Source: Takakia lepidozioides
Taxonomy: Eukaryota > Plantae > Bryophyta
Direction of reading: 5' to 3'
NCBI GenBank assembly: GCA_030704615.1
Contig: CM060734.1
Span: 54,002,001-54,066,000, forward strand
Length of the DNA: 64,000 nt
In this document: positions 10,613 through 23,900 of the stretch, one piece after another
Layout of the letters: each line of letters begins with the position of its first letter
Numbering within the stretch: the stretch's first letter is position 1
Program-made: the position numbers and the translations under genes
Notes under the pieces: generated by a model
Databases searched by the model: none
What the model saw: the letters and a program-made list of their open reading frames with translations, nothing else
Told to the model about the DNA's origin: nothing

Positions 10613-13600
10613 TCAAAATAATTGATGGTTCCGAATTTCCACCTCTGTCTTGGCATCACCCTTGCAGAAAATAACAAGGCATCCGTCGTCCTTCAGTAGG
10701 GATGCTGCCAGTGCGAGTGCATGCGGGACGGTATCCTTTGACTTTGCATTCCAAACGGGCACAATGTCATCTATGCCACATCCTCTGGTAGACTGCCCAT
10801 CTGGGAGATCCACCATTACAAGGTCTGCCCCCGCTTTAGGGACTGTGCCACCCCTACGCAATGGCTCGGGGGAGCGGTGCCTCTCCAGAATCGTCGATAT
10901 CTCCCCTAGGCTCTGGCCACTTACTCGTTGTTCCTTTGGATGCAAGCCTGCGGATGACCAGCTGGAACCAATCGCACTTGAGGCATGCTACGTCTGTGTT
11001 TGGTAGCCCTTCTCACAAAGAGATAGCCTCGTAAAGCAGCACGGTTGAGAGCTGCATGCCCCTACCGTCACTTGTGTTTGCCCAAGCAGGATTTCGAGAA
11101 GATCGATTCCTTCGCTCAATCTAGAAGTTGTGTAGGGGGTCTGTAAACGCCAGTTGGTTGTCTACCCTCTGAGCACCATCTATCTCATCCACACCCTCCA
11201 CACCTTGATTGCCTGTAGGCCTTGTGCCGGGGGGGGTTGCCTGCCCTATGGTGGGTGTCTTCTTCGGTTTCTGTTTCCTTTTCCTTGGTTTCTTCTTGGC
11301 CACCGCTTCTTCCAGAGCTGTATTCGCTTGTTGCAGGTGTGCGGCAGTGACAACTGCAGCCTCCTCGGCACCCTCTTCCGTCAATGGCTCCATGTGAGTT
11401 GGTGCAGCCAGTTCGTTCTTGGTGTACTTCTTATACACTTCCAGTTCAACGTCAGGAATGATATCGGTGGGCAAATCTAGCCACCAATAGCAAGGCAGAT
11501 GCGTGACTTTAGCGTACTCGCCCAACTGCCTGCCGTTGTACATTATGCAGTCGGATCGGAGGCTGGCCCACTGTGTGACACTAGCGGGAATACACCTGAT
11601 ATGCTTGTTGGCGAGCAAATAAAAGTTTATGTACCTGTTGCAGTGCACGAAAAGTCGACGTCAGGACAGACATTGGCCTGATAGTAATGAGAAGTGTAGG
11701 ATATAAAACCGAACCTTTTGGTCTCTCACCAGATGTAGTAGTCGGCAGCGACTATGACACCAAATAGTTCGATGGCAGTGTCATAGTCGGTGACGACTGC
11801 AACTCCTAACTGTGGGTTAGCCAGCCACCCAGCTGGGCGATACCGGAATAAGGGTGTACATTATATGACATGGATTCAAAGGACCCACCACAGAGTCGTT
11901 GCCGACTATGGAATTGAGTTAGTTTTTAATTTGCGGGCTAAAGTCACGCCCTTCTTGCAATAGTCGACAGCGACTATGATTCCATAAAGGGCAAAACATG
12001 TGTCATAGTCGCTGAAGACTATGACCAGGCCAACTTTGGGTACGACAGGGCCGGCTTTCTATAGTCGTTGCCGACTATACCCAATGGATACCCTATACCC
12101 AATGGCTACCCTATATTGAATTGAGTTGGTTTTTAATTTGCGGGTAGTACTCACGGCCCATGTCGGCAGCGACTATGAACCAATAAGGGGCACAACCCGT
12201 GTCATAGTCGGTGGCGACTATGACCAGGCCAACTTTGGCTACGAGAGGGCCGGCTTACTATAGTTGTTGCCGTCTATACCCAACGGCTACCCTATATAAA
12301 ATTGAGTTTGTTTTGAATTTGCGGGCAGTAGTCACGGCCCTCTTGCAATAGTCGGCAGCGACTATGCACTCCTAAGGGGCAAAACCTGTGTCATAGTCGG
12401 TGGCGACTATGACCAGGCCAATTTGGATACGACAGGGCCGGCTTGGTATAGTCGTTGCCGACTATACCCAATGGCTACCCTTTACCCAATACCCTATACC
12501 CTACCCTATACCCAATGGCGCCTTCTTTTAGTCGTTGCCGACTATGAGTACAATGTCTGAGCCCAGTAGTCGGCGCCAACCACGAGCAACAACACTACTG
12601 TCGACTACCGGAATGTTTGCCGACTACAACGAGCCTACATATTCTTTTTCGACCGCTACTTCCCACACCCATTTTGCTGTATGGCATATGCGGAGGGTGG
12701 GTGAATTGCATTGACAATTATGTACCTGTACAGGAGCTTGCGAGCTGGTAAGTTCCACCAGGCTGCTCAGTAATTGGTCAACTGCGGGCAGACCCATCCT
12801 TCATCTCGCACCAGAATAGCTCCTTCCAGAACTTGAGGCGGAAATCGTCCACCCAGACAGAGAGGGTCTTCAGAGTGGGAGCCTCTTCCTGGGTTGGCAG
12901 CTGCAGGAACCCTTTCTCAACCAGCATGGCCAACTGCCGCTCTGCTTCCTCCGTTTGCTGCGAGTCCACCACGTCAATTGTTAGAGATGAGAAATTGCAA
13001 CAAATAACTGTAACATGAAGCCACCACCAGTATTGCCAACATCTTACTTGGAACCACCATGTCATTTTGTCGCACCACAAGCCAAACACCACATCTGTGG
13101 GAGCATGGGGGAATTTTCCATTTTTGCGGGTTGTGGAGTCAGAATTCCACAGCTTCAACCATAAAATCTTCTCCTTCGGGCTGACCTCGTTCGTGGCAAG
13201 CATCTGCAACTTCTCGAGAGTCATTTCCGGCTTCTGATTGATGGCAAGAGACTTGTAATGCGTGGTTATCTAAAAAATAAAGCCAGTTCCGAGTGCAGGA
13301 CCGCATATGGAAGAATATTTTGTGATTTTGGTGTACCACTTCGTCCTGTGCACTTGGAAATGGCTTGCCAGTTTCTTCCGGATGAGGTCGGTGTTCTCAG
13401 CGGTGGCAGGTAGGTGGGCATGGCATCCAAGCAGGCGTTTCTAATTCTACGGAATCCCTCCTGACCCATATACTCTATTAGGGCGTCCCGCGACATTGTC
13501 ATCAAGTTCCCATCCCGCTTGTTCAAGCACTTCTCGTAGACGTCCGCTGGAAGAGCTGATTGGTACTGCTCAACAGGTGTAGTTGCGCACTTCTGGAAGA

Positions 13601-14927
13601 AGAATAGCTTGTGCGGAAGCTCGTTGGACACATTTCCACAATCTATCACGCTGCAAAACGCACAGAACAAGACCTTTATGTGACCATGGACCTTATTGAA
13701 ATTCGTGAAAAAAAATACTACCTACAAAACTCAGCAGGGATTTTAGGGTTTAGGTTGGGCTCCATGGGATAGTCGGCGCAGACCATACTTTTAGCGAGGC
13801 GGTTGTCAATGGAGGCATTGTGGGAATCTTCTCTGAACTCCCTCCCACCAGACAATACTTCCCACTCCATCTCACACTACACGTCTAATTAATGAATTGG
13901 TCCACGAAGCACCCACTGGGACTGCTTATGCAAGACTTGCAACCCCATGCAAACGACATCCCCGAATTGCTAAACCCTATACTTATGCTCATGTGAGCAG
14001 AAGAGGAGATAAAAACTCACACATTCATAGGATTCATTGCATACCGTATAAGGCCCAGATCGGAACTCTTCACATCCATAATCTTGGCGTTCATCCGGTA
14101 GTGCCAGCTCGCCTCGTCTGTGTGCTGCTCACGTATGACCTCCATCCAAGCATACCACCTGTGATTCCCGTCGTAGATGTGCAGCCATTTGTTGGAGAGA
14201 AACTCACACTCCGTGTTCTTTATGTCTTCCTCAAATGCAGCATCCGCTGCCTGCCAATGTTCAGACCATGCATCCCAACTCCTTGTTGGATTTCTTGGCT
14301 CTGTCCACTGTCGTCGTTGATGGAAAGTAGTAGTGATGCAAGTGCATCATTGTACCTGTCCGCTTCAAAATACAACTTGAGCTTGTTGATGCCTGGGCGC
14401 TCAGCCATGCGCACAGCCGGGAGGGGCTGCATCCTGCATAATGGTATCCTTGGCGGAGCACCATTCCGCAGCAAGTGCAAAATAGAACTCATTGTGTGGC
14501 TCATGGCACTTGTAGTGAGTGAGAGTAGGGTTTGCTTCCGCATGTCGCCAGTCAAAACAACGTCCGCCAGAACATTGTCTTGCACACTTGGAGCATTTTG
14601 AACAGGTCCGCCACCCTGTGCGCTCGTTGCTGGACCTGGCGATGCAGCGCTTCGAAAAACAGGGGAGAGGGGAGGACGATCCATCGATGGTGTGGCCGAT
14701 GTAGACACCAAACCGCCTTCCTGTGAAGTCGTTGATTTCTTATGAAGTTTCACTAATTTTGTGGGAGGTCTAGCACCCTCGCTGCTCTGTTGGGAGACCA
14801 CCGTCCGCCTGCGCAGTATGCGTGTTTGCGTGGGCAGCACAAACTCCCCCTCTTCCTCCACTTGAGGCTCCATGACGACAACGTTCCCCTGCTCAAAAAT
14901 AGAAAGTGAAGCCGAAGAGTCAGGCAC
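10613..14927 (-). pseudogene. Degenerate multi-exon gene: ParB/Srx-like domain, then N-terminal half of a beta-class amino (N4C/N6A) DNA methyltransferase-like domain
   Basis: IPLCRMQP...WSEHW...LHIYDGNHRWYAW (DGNHR at 14172-14158, after a frameshift near 14300). Downstream ADLVMVDLPDG...ASLLKDDGCLVIFC (10830-10660). Intervening ORF pieces are separated by AT-rich or repeat-filled putative introns. Confidence 0.55.
11740..12660. repeat. Array of TAGTCG-N4-CGACTA palindromes within a ~190-bp tandem unit
   Basis: Many copies, e.g. tagtcggcagcgacta, tagtcggtggcgacta, tagtcgttgccgacta. The larger unit starting ttgagtt.gtttttaatttgcggg recurs at ~11913, ~12121 and ~12302. Confidence 0.8.
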
Positions 14928-17030
14928 CGCAGAGGAGAATCCGCATGACCGTATGCACTGCCGAACCCGGAAAGGGATCAGAACCCGTCCTACGCGGGCT
15001 GTAACGTATGCCTACGAAATTGAGGTAGTGCCACGCAGCCGGCTACACGCCGTAACCGGACTATGTGCCACGTGGCCCGCGCCAAAATTCAAATAGCAAT
15101 AACGGATGAAAAATCGAATCCCCCATCCATGGAAGCACGCCATCCGTTGTCATCCAATGTGGATGTTAAATGTGCGTCGAATTAACTCCATCCAAACCTA
15201 CATCAGAAATATGAGATGGCTGCCACATCCCCAAAATTGAGAAATAGCCTCCTGCCACTCCGCTAGACGACTCAGTAACTTCCGACACGTGGCCTGGACT
15301 CCATCCAAATAGTTTAGGATGAGAAATATAAGAGGAATGAATGGTAAAACTTATGTTCAATCGAACGCTGTCAATGTCAATATCCGCGAATCTCTTCTGG
15401 GTGCAATGGGGGTCCGGGTTTGCAGAACGTCATCTTAAATGGTATAATCAACTTCTAATATCTGAACTCCATATCGGAACTTCATATCCCCGAATCTTAA
15501 TATCCTCTACAGGCTCGTGGAAGTTTCTGGAGGAGCAGAAATTATGAGTCACATAGCGCATATTCCGGATGTGAATGACTAAATCTAATTTGCAAATTAA
15601 AGAGTCTTTGTCTTGAAATATCACGGATTTTGACATAGCCAATAATATCACCTCAATCACATGGTTTGTGGTATGGGAATGGAGGGATTGTGGGGAGGGG
15701 TTTTGGATCAGGGTCGGGTTGGGGAACTTGAGAGATTTGTCTCTCCGTTGTAGCTCGTTGGGTGGGAGATGCGGAGTGGTCCAGATGGCAGGGCATGCTC
15801 TTGTGGGTGGTAATGTGGGAACATTGTGTGTGGCTTTAGAACCAGGCTAATGAACTGATGGCATGAAATGTGCATTGTAGAGTTGATGAAGCGGAATCTT
15901 CTTTAGGAATGACGGACTTCTGATAAACAGTGAGTATGCCAGCATCACAGGCTGAGTGTTCATGCTCTTGCTACACCTCCAGTGTGATTGAATTTTTTCC
16001 AACAGAGGATTATTTCTCCCGTGTGTATGGCATGATGGTTTAGTGTGTTACATGGTTTGTCCATCTGTCTTGCATAAGTTGATTTGCTTGCTTGCCCTTG
16101 CAGTGTAATGGATGCCTATGCCTATCCCTGAAGAGGTGAATTGGCAACCACACAGTCGGGAAATGCCATCCGCAAGAATTGGTCGGCACCGACCATACAC
16201 TATAATGCCTTTGAAGTGGATGTGTTCACTGTCTTTAACTCTGTAAATTTCCACGAATTTCAATAATTCCATAAGGTTGGTGTCGACTTGGATATCATCG
16301 ACTGCCTCCATGCGGCGCAAACCGCCACAACATCCGCCAAGCACATTTGTCGGCGCCGACTACACCCTCACAATGCGGGAAATGGTTTTAATTTCAACCG
16401 AGTATCTGAAGGTCGGTCGTGACTACAAGCACATTTAAGCCAAAAACTCTATTGGAAGGCAAATTTGTGCGTTCGTACGGAAGTCGGCAGCGACTACAAT
16501 GCATTAATGGAAAGCGCTTGTCGATTTAAGCAATAGTCGCTGCCGACTATTCCGTTTGCAGGCCAATTTGCCAAAAAAAGCCACATGAAATGAACATCTT
16601 TAGCGACCTTGGCAGATCTGTTGACCGACTTCAACAAAAACTGGTATAGTCACCAACGATTACTCCGATTCGTCTTCCAATTCAATGTAAATCTGCCTGA
16701 TCCGTCGCTGGAATTAATTTGAACTTTATGAAGTCGGTACCGACTACGGAAGAAAACCTGTCCCACTAACTATTTCACAATGTTCATGCCTTTCAAATAG
16801 GCGTGGTCGGCAATGACAATAAGGCATCCCCCTGTGGCGTAGAACAAATTCAGATAAAGAGGAGGTTAATGGTTGTTTCGAAATGGCCGTTGCCAGCTGA
16901 ACGTGCCGCCGCCAGTTGTTGCGCAGACGATTTTCATCCGACCTAAAATCCATTAAATATTCCTTTTGCATTTAATTTTTACCGTTGTTGACGTACAGTT
17001 CGTTAGGAAATCGTAAATTGCGTTGTATGC

Positions 17031-17520
17031 TTGCAACAGGTCATGTGCTCCTCATCTGCCCCAGTGCTCACACGCTGTGTAGATTCGGCAGAGTACTCCA
17101 GTTTGCAACTGTCGACCACTCGTGAGCATCCTACTCTGGCTTCCGTCCGTGGTGCTAATGTGGTGAAAACTGACAGCATTGAGCTCTCTAGTGGCGACAG
17201 CGATGAATGTGTGGTTAATAGATCCAGTAGTGGAAGGCGGGAGAGCACTCCGGGAAAATCTGCTTCATCTCCACAGAAATTGCGGCGAGGGGAGTTTATG
17301 GGCAACAACGTTAAATTCGCACAGCCCGCTCAATCTATACTGGATGTGTTGAAGCTTCTGCACCTAGACTCCAAATCGTAGCTTGGAAGGATAAATTTTG
17401 AAAATTTTGAAGCAAGGAAGGTGAGATGCTTGCCGAGGATCGCTGACGGTGATGTTTTGTATGAGCTGCCACCCACATCGAACACATCTCCAGCTGGGCA
17501 GCTTGAGGGCATGGACCGCA
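17031..17520 (+). pseudogene. Probable N-terminal fragment of a MULE/SWIM-family transposase
   Basis: Protein-like reading through one stop (SILDVLKLL...KVRCLPRIADGDVLYELPP...LEGMD); preceded by the same TAGTCG palindromes at 16350-16830. Confidence 0.4.
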
Positions 17521-17913
17521 GTCGTTGCAGACTATACGGTACTAATACCCCGTGGGTTCAAATGTTATGCAATGAAAGGACCATGTACGGATGGCGGGTG
17601 CAATAGTCGTTGCAGACTATATGGTTTAACTTCATATCATGTCAGTTCTGCATATTCGGGAATGTATAAAAGCGTCGAGTGGAAACCGTTCTTTTTAAAC
17701 TTATGACGTGCTCATGTGAGCGGAGGATCACACTTGGTAGAAATATAGCCTAACGAATGCATCACGTTCCAGAGATGTAATGCTCTGGTCAGTGCCGACT
17801 AAGACATTACGTTCACTCACGTGAGCGGCATCACCGAAGTGCATATTCAGTGTTTATAGAAACTGAAGACTTACATTGCGAACATATGCTCCCAATTGGT
17901 AGTATCGGTATGT

Positions 17914-18335
17914 TCACCACGACAGCCAGCTTTCCAGCGCAGGAATGTCATTGTCTCGCACGGCACCGGAGGAGGACCACCAGGCAGGGATCGCCACAAA
18001 TGAAACCTCTGCTTCCGCCTCAGAACTTGCTGCTCTCCATTTCATACACAGCTGTATATGTGCTTTTTGAAGGTCCTGCAATATATATTTTTTCGTCCAT
18101 TTGTCCAGGCTCTGGCCCCAATGGAAGCCATATGTCCTTTCTCGATCGGGCATAGGTTCTCTCTGCCATACACCATACGCACAGCAGCCCAGTTGGCATT
18201 TGCATTGTCGGCCATGAATCCTCGGAATTGTGGTTGGCCCTTCCCTGCTCTTCGCATCTGATCGTTGATGCACTCCCACATAATCACTTGTGATGTTGTA
18301 TCCTCTGATTTCATTTCACAGATTGCAATTGTCAT
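17914..18335 (-). pseudogene. MULE-like DDE transposase core fragment
   Basis: IAICEMKSED...FRGFMADNANANWAAVRMVYG...ERTYGFHWGQSLDK. The FMAD and degenerate CxFH motifs resemble a MULE core; frameshifted. Confidence 0.6.
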
Positions 18336-20410
18336 TTAGGGGTTGGTCCTTTGGAACAGACAGGTTCATTTCTCTTTCAGGAGAAGACCACTGACAGATA
18401 TGAACTGGAGTGAACTGCCCAGCAGAGATAGTCACTGGATTCAATGATTCCACCACTAGAAAGTTTGATAGCTCAATTTTGTTTAGAACTATACCCTTAA
18501 AGTGGATGGGCCATGCTTCAGTGATGTATATAACCTGATGAAGGGCTGTTGAGCAAGTGACCCAGCAACCAGGGCAAGCTTGCTGAGGACTTGCCGAGAG
18601 AGTTTGAATCCAGCTGTTAGGAATATTTTGAATCAATTGGTGGTAGCCTGACGTCCCTCTTTGAGTACCAACTATTGGAATTATTTGGTACAAAGGTAGA
18701 AAATCTCGACCGCCCCAAATGTCTTTGATTTGGGCTATGTTCAATTTATCCCAGGCAGAGAATTTTGCAGCAGAGGCTCTGTCTGCAGCGGAAGGGTTGT
18801 TGCAATTGAGGGTAAGGGATTGGCGCATGGTTTCCTCATATGATTTTGGGTCCTCTTTAACCAACCTGGGCCGAATGGTTCTCCAGACATCCCATATGGC
18901 TCTCCATAAAGGGGAACCATTAGATTTGTGTCTAAAACCCTGTGTGATCCATCGGAGAGATGGGCTCCATATTTTAGTTTTGAGGGGGGGACTTTTGAGA
19001 ATGTGCTGATAAACAAGATGCTTCCACCATCCACCTTCAGGCCCTAATAGCCTTACTATCCATTTACCCAAGAGTGCTGATATTTGTGTTCCTGGATCAA
19101 TGATCCCCAAACCACCTTTCTTTTTTGGCAGGCAAATCTGTGCCTAAGAGACAGCTGGTCTAGGGCTTCTGGCATCTGAATCTGCGCCCCATATGAAGTT
19201 TCGGATGGTTTTTTGGATCTGTTTGATCTGTGGAGCTGAGGGGCTCCAGACCGCAGCAAAGTACCATATGCTGGCCAGAAGAATCTGGTTGGCTACAAGA
19301 GCCCTTCCAGTAATTGAAAGATGACGGGAACCCCAATAAACTAGCTTCTTTTTTAGCCTGACTATGACATGGCCCAACCTCTGGTCGTCCGAAAGGTTAA
19401 TCCCAAATGGGTGCCCAAGCAGGGTAGTAACATTCCCTTGTTGCAGCCATTTGAGCCCCAAATTCCCTCCCCAATTAGAGCTGAACCCAGCAGGAATGGT
19501 GGCTGTGTCTCCAGCAAGGATGACAACTGTTTTTGTCCAATTAACTTTAAAACCAGAGGCTTCACAAAAGGTAGTGAGAGATTCAGTTGCCTCCTACAGG
19601 TTGGCATCCGTGGCCTGAAGGTATAAAACCGTGTCGTCTACAAACATTGAGTCTTTGATCTGGAGGTCAATGTTGGCTTGGGTTTTGATTTGGAGCCCAG
19701 TTATATTTGGGTTGTTGTCCAAGAGATATCCAAGAGAGTCTGCCACTATGAGGAAGAGGAATGGGGCCAGCGGGCATCCTTGACGAACTGATCTTTGGAG
19801 GTCAAATTTTTTAGAGATGAATCTATTCAGTGAAACCCTATTGGATGCGTTGAGGAGGAGTATTTCGACTCAACGACAAAAGTCGTTCAAGAGTCCTGTT
19901 TTTTGGAGAGTCGCAAACAACATTGGCCATTCAACCTTATCAAACGCTTTTTCAAAGTCTAAAAGCATGGCTATGTGTTGCCCAGTGGATTCTGCATAGA
20001 TTGGGGTCTCTTGTGCAAACAGATTATTGTCAAGGATATATCTTCCCTTGACGAATCCAGCTTGACCAGGCCTAATGATGGTTGGAAGGAGAGGCTGTAG
20101 ACGAAGGGCTAATGCCTTTGCAATGATCTTGTATGAAACATTGAGCAATGTTATGGGCCTATAGTTTGAGATCTGCTTTCTATCTCCTTTTTTGAAGAGA
20201 AGAGTGATAATTCCCTGAGCCATTTGTCTTCGCATAGATCCTTTTCTTTTGATCTCATTTGCCATTGCACAGAAGTCCTTGGATAATACCTGCCAGAGGG
20301 AGCTGTAAAATTCCATAGGCATACCGTCTATGCCCGTAGATTTTCGTTTGGACATAAGTTTCAAGGCTTTCGAGAGCTCAGTTTCAGTGAATTCTCCATC
20401 CAGAGAGGCT
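18336..20410 (-). mobile_element. Degenerate L1/Tx1-type LINE, ORF2 reverse-transcriptase fragment
   Basis: GIDGMPMEFY, NYRPITLLNVSYKI, QAGFVKGR, LDFEKAFDKV, VRQGCPLAPFLF, FVDDT, GGLGIID-like segment; has stops and frameshifts. Confidence 0.9.
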
Positions 20411-20689
20411 GCGCCTTATTTTATATTTATGTGTTCATCAAATATTGACATTATACATACTAAATTAACTATAATATGAACACACTACAATTATATTTCT
20501 ATATTTTTCATATAATTAAGATATTGTGCATTTAAAACGCTATTAATTTAAAATAAGAGGCATTAATATGTACATACAAAACCAAAAAACATAGACGCTT
20601 ACCACATACACGTACTATACGTGCAAGATAGTCCCTATATGGCAATAGGCCTATATCTTCTATAAGTTGCCTCAGATTGAGCCATGTAC

Positions 20690-20935
20690 GTGTGAGATAT
20701 GGGAGAGCGGTCCGCATCAAGTCCATAGAGTCCATGGCAAGGCGTGCCCATATCTTGTGCGCTAACGTGGCACGGAGAGGCGGGCAGGAGGGCTGGTGCG
20801 CCAGCGTGGCGTAGAGGACGTGGCGCAGCGGGCAGGTGGGAGGCCGGGCAGCCCCGGCACCCCGGCTTATCCCCGCTGTGTCTGGGACATAGGGCCGAGG
20901 GCCGCCCTGGTCTGGCGGTGAAGCCGCTCATCGGG
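20690..20935. repeat. Dispersed GC-rich repeat, also present at ~59715-59870
   Basis: Shared tatgggagagcg...gtgcgcc.gcgtggcgtagag.acgtggc...tgtctgggacatag.gccgagg; both copies follow AT-rich tracts. Confidence 0.55.
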
Positions 20936-20956
20936 ACCCACCGCAACGACCTTATT

Positions 20957-23900
20957 ATGGTAAAAGACTCTGGCTGCTCAGCGCCATCTTCCCTGGTCGT
21001 TTTCAGAGACTACTCTACAATCTCCAGACTGCAAACATAAGCCGGGTTAGCATCTGTGTAAGTCTGGAAATGTTCGTTGTTCCTCATCGTCTAGAGCCCA
21101 ATGGAGCCCAAAACAAGTTGCATGAATGTTGTTGAAAGCTCACTAGCACCCCTCAGTAAAGGACCTTGTCAAAGTGTTGATGCTGTCGGATTTTCGAGCA
21201 CAAACCTCTACCTTGGAGCACGGAGCAGAGCTGGCATGAGTTTTTTAAAGATCCTTCACGATGGTGGGACAACCGCAATCGCAAGGTCTGGCTTTTTCTT
21301 AATGTACGATATGAAGAAGTTTGTCCATCCTGCAAATGTGGGCTCTTGGCTCCTGTTAGTACCATGATTTGGTATTCTTCCTGATGTTTACAAGGTTCTT
21401 GGGAGAGTCAGCTTGGTCTTAGCAGGCCGTGTTTCAATCTCTGCCTGCTCAGCTGCACCGTGGCGGTTCTCACAGACCAATCCGCCATAACCTGACTACG
21501 GACACAAGCAGCACACACAAGAGGTCCTTTTGGGTTGATGGTCGGTCAAATCCTCCATGGGTCATGACACAAGGTGAAGGACACATGTGGTGAGGCACCT
21601 CTCTTCGACCTATTTTTTGCCCTCTCATCAGACTCGGCCCTGAATTTGCAATTGAATTCTGTCAGTTTAGCTCGTGGGTGATTGTGGTGTTTGGAGTGAC
21701 TTTGACAAGTGGCTGCCGAGTGTGGCAGACAGGAAAGTGTCCTAAAAGAGATTAACCACATATGAGGAGAAGCTTTGGAAGTGAACACTTTTCCGACCCA
21801 TTCATGTGGGACAATGGAGAACAAAGGTGAATGCCTGTTGGAAGCAGACGCAAGTCAGCATCAGGACCTAGTGTGATAAGTATGGTTGGGATGTTGCTGA
21901 AGAATTCTAGGCTGTCATTGTCAGTTGCTAGCAGCAAGGCAAGAATGTATGCATGATTTGTGCAGAGGCATGGATAGCTGAAGGAGCAGGGATAGAGTGT
22001 GGGTCCAGATTCATCCAAGAGGGCCAGATTTCAAGCACAAGATTACCTATGATTCCCTGTGGATCAATAGCTACAAGAAACCTGCATGGGTAGATGGTCA
22101 ACTGGAAGCCGCAGCAGCAGCGGCACAATTGATAAAATCAGGCACTGCTAGTGACCTTCTACAACACATTTCACCCTGTTTTTCTCTCTTATCAGAACCG
22201 GCCCTAAATTTCTATGTTGAATTCTGCAAGTTAGCTGGTTGAGTGAATGTAGTTTGGAGTGACTTTGACATGATACTTCCAATGTGACAACAGGAATGTA
22301 TCGAAAAACAGGGAACAGAGATGAGGCGAAGCTGCGGAATGAATACTTTACTGACCCCAGTCAATGGTGGGACAACCGAGGCCAAAAGGTGAATGCCTGT
22401 TGGATTACAGAGAGTAGCAGACGCAATTGAGCATAGGAACTAGTGTGATAAGTTGAGTTGGGTGTTTCCTAGAACAATCTAGGCTGTCATTGTCAGCTGC
22501 TAGCAGCAAGGCAAGGATGAATGCATGATTTGTGCAGAGGCATGGATAGCTGAAGCAGCAGGGGTAGAGTGGGGGTCCAGATTCATCCAAGAGGGCCAGA
22601 TTTCAAGCACAAGATTACCTATGATGCCCTGTGGATCAATAGCTACAAGAAACCTGCATGGGTAGATGGTCAACTGAAGGCAGCAGCTGCAGCGGCACAG
22701 TTGATAAAATCAGGCACCTCAACCATGAGCACAGCTTCTGGAAGAGGATCAAGAGAGGGAGTCCACAATGCCTCTTCTGGCACTTCTGGGCATGTGAAGA
22801 TGCTTTGTGAGGCAGGCAGACTGAAAGAGGCTCTACAGACTTTAAACCAAGGAGGCACTTCAGCAGATTCAGATACGTATGTCAGTCTCTGCATAAGTGC
22901 ATCAAGATGAAAGGGCCTGGAAGCTGGAAAGCAGGTGCACATCACATTATCCAAAGTGGATTCACGCCAAATGTTTTCTACTCAACACCCTTGTCAACAT
23001 GTATGTTAAGTGCGGGAGCATCATGGATGCTCACCAAGTGTTCAACAGAATGCCTCAACGATCTTTGATCACGTGGAATATAATGATGGCAGGATTTACC
23101 AAGCATGGGTGTGGTAGGAATGCTTTGGAGACCTATGAGCAAATGATGCGCGAAGGGTGTGAAGCCAAACCACATCACGTTTGTGTGGTTGCAATGCGTG
23201 TGCAAGCCTGGGAGCCCTGGAAAAGGGGAAACAGGTCCATGGTGACATCGTCAAAGCTGGAATTGTAACAGATGTCATTCTGAACAATACCCTCGTGGAT
23301 ATGTATGCCAAATGTGGGTGCATCGAGGATGCAAAGGGAGTGTTCGACACAATGGCTGAACGAGATGTGGTGTCGTGGAGTGCGATGATTGCAGGATATG
23401 CACGCAAGGCGTGGGATGGAAGCTTTGGAGACCTATGAGAAATGATGGGGGAAGGGATGAAGCCCGACCACATCACGTTTGTGTGCGTTTGCAATGCGTG
23501 TGCAAGCCTGGCAGCCCTGGAAAAGGGCAAAGAGGTGCATGGCGACATCGTCAAAGCTGCAATTGTACCAAATGTCATCCTGAACACTGCCCTGGTGGAC
23601 ATGTATGCCAAATGTGGGAGCATGGAGGATGCGAAGGGAGTGTTCAATAATATGGCTGCACGAAATGTGGTGTCATGGAGTGCGATGATTGCAGGGTATG
23701 CACAGCAGGGGCGCGGGATGGAGGCTTTGGAGACGTATGAGCAAATGATGGGGGAAGGGTGAAGCCCAACCACATCACGTTTGTGTGCGTTTGCAGTGCA
23801 TGTGCAAGCCTGGGAGCCCTGGAAAAGGGCAAAGAGGTGCATGGTTGCATCGCGAAAGCTGGAATTGTACCAGATGTGATTCTGAACAATACCCTCGTGG

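Noticed and set aside
11740-12660. CRISPR-like look of regularly spaced palindromes
   Set aside because: The spacers are themselves repeated, there are no cas genes, and the context is eukaryotic.
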